A stretch of DNA of 63,551 nt, counting the filler, from Choristocarpus tenellus KU-1152 (taxonomy: Eukaryota > Protista > Phaeophyceae): NCBI GenBank assembly GCA_964200185.2. It is 11 parts of 11 records of this genome, joined end to end, with 100 filler letters (N's around TTAATTAATTAA, not from the genome) between each part and the next. Parts side by side here need not be neighbours in the genome. Positions count along the whole stretch, not along the records: positions 60,338 to 63,551 come from CAXNAD020021487.1; 10 more parts are not named here. One strand, 5' to 3'. A program made the position numbers and the translations under genes. The notes under the pieces were generated by a model. The model ran no database searches. It worked only from the letters and a program-made list of their open reading frames with translations, and was not told the DNA's origin. Positions 63,472 through 63,551 of the stretch are shown one piece after another. Each line of letters opens with the position of its first letter. Positions within the stretch are counted from its first letter, which is position 1.

Positions 63472-63551
63472 GAGTCAAATTATCTTAGAGGGTAGAGCCA
63501 CGTCCATTTGGGGGTCAAAATACAATGTTGCGATTTTGGTGAAATGTTGGC
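63472..63551. mobile_element. Partial MITE family B at window edge
   Basis: GAGTCAAATTATCTTAGAGGGTAGAGCC start. Confidence 0.85.

Overview
Eukaryotic, intron-rich, repeat-rich DNA. A stramenopile, probably a brown alga or relative, is inferred from long GT-AG introns, FNIP-type repeats, TTAGGG motifs and the transposon types. The window consists of 11 contigs joined by ten artificial 100-nt N44-TTAATTAATTAA-N44 spacers, so adjacency across spacers is unproven. Host genes rebuilt from spliced exons: HIS6/HisA (minus, 5' three exons), a CTP_transf_1/dolichol-kinase-like membrane protein, a DUF1295 membrane protein, a coiled-coil protein, and an intronless FNIP-like repeat gene. Mobile DNA: many MITEs with 3-bp target duplications, decayed mariner-like transposases, CRE-like and RTE-like LINE remnants, and a possible solo LTR. 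The most notable feature is a divergent two-gene cassette (35863-45899). It pairs an intron-rich Sola/DUF7869-like DDD transposase with an intron-rich ParB/Srx-domain + HTH-like + PHD-like finger gene, separated by AT-rich tandem arrays. A second diverged copy lies at 60338-63471. This looks like a composite DNA transposon carrying a ParB-type, chromatin-reading accessory protein. All alignments and translations were done by eye; no database searches were run.
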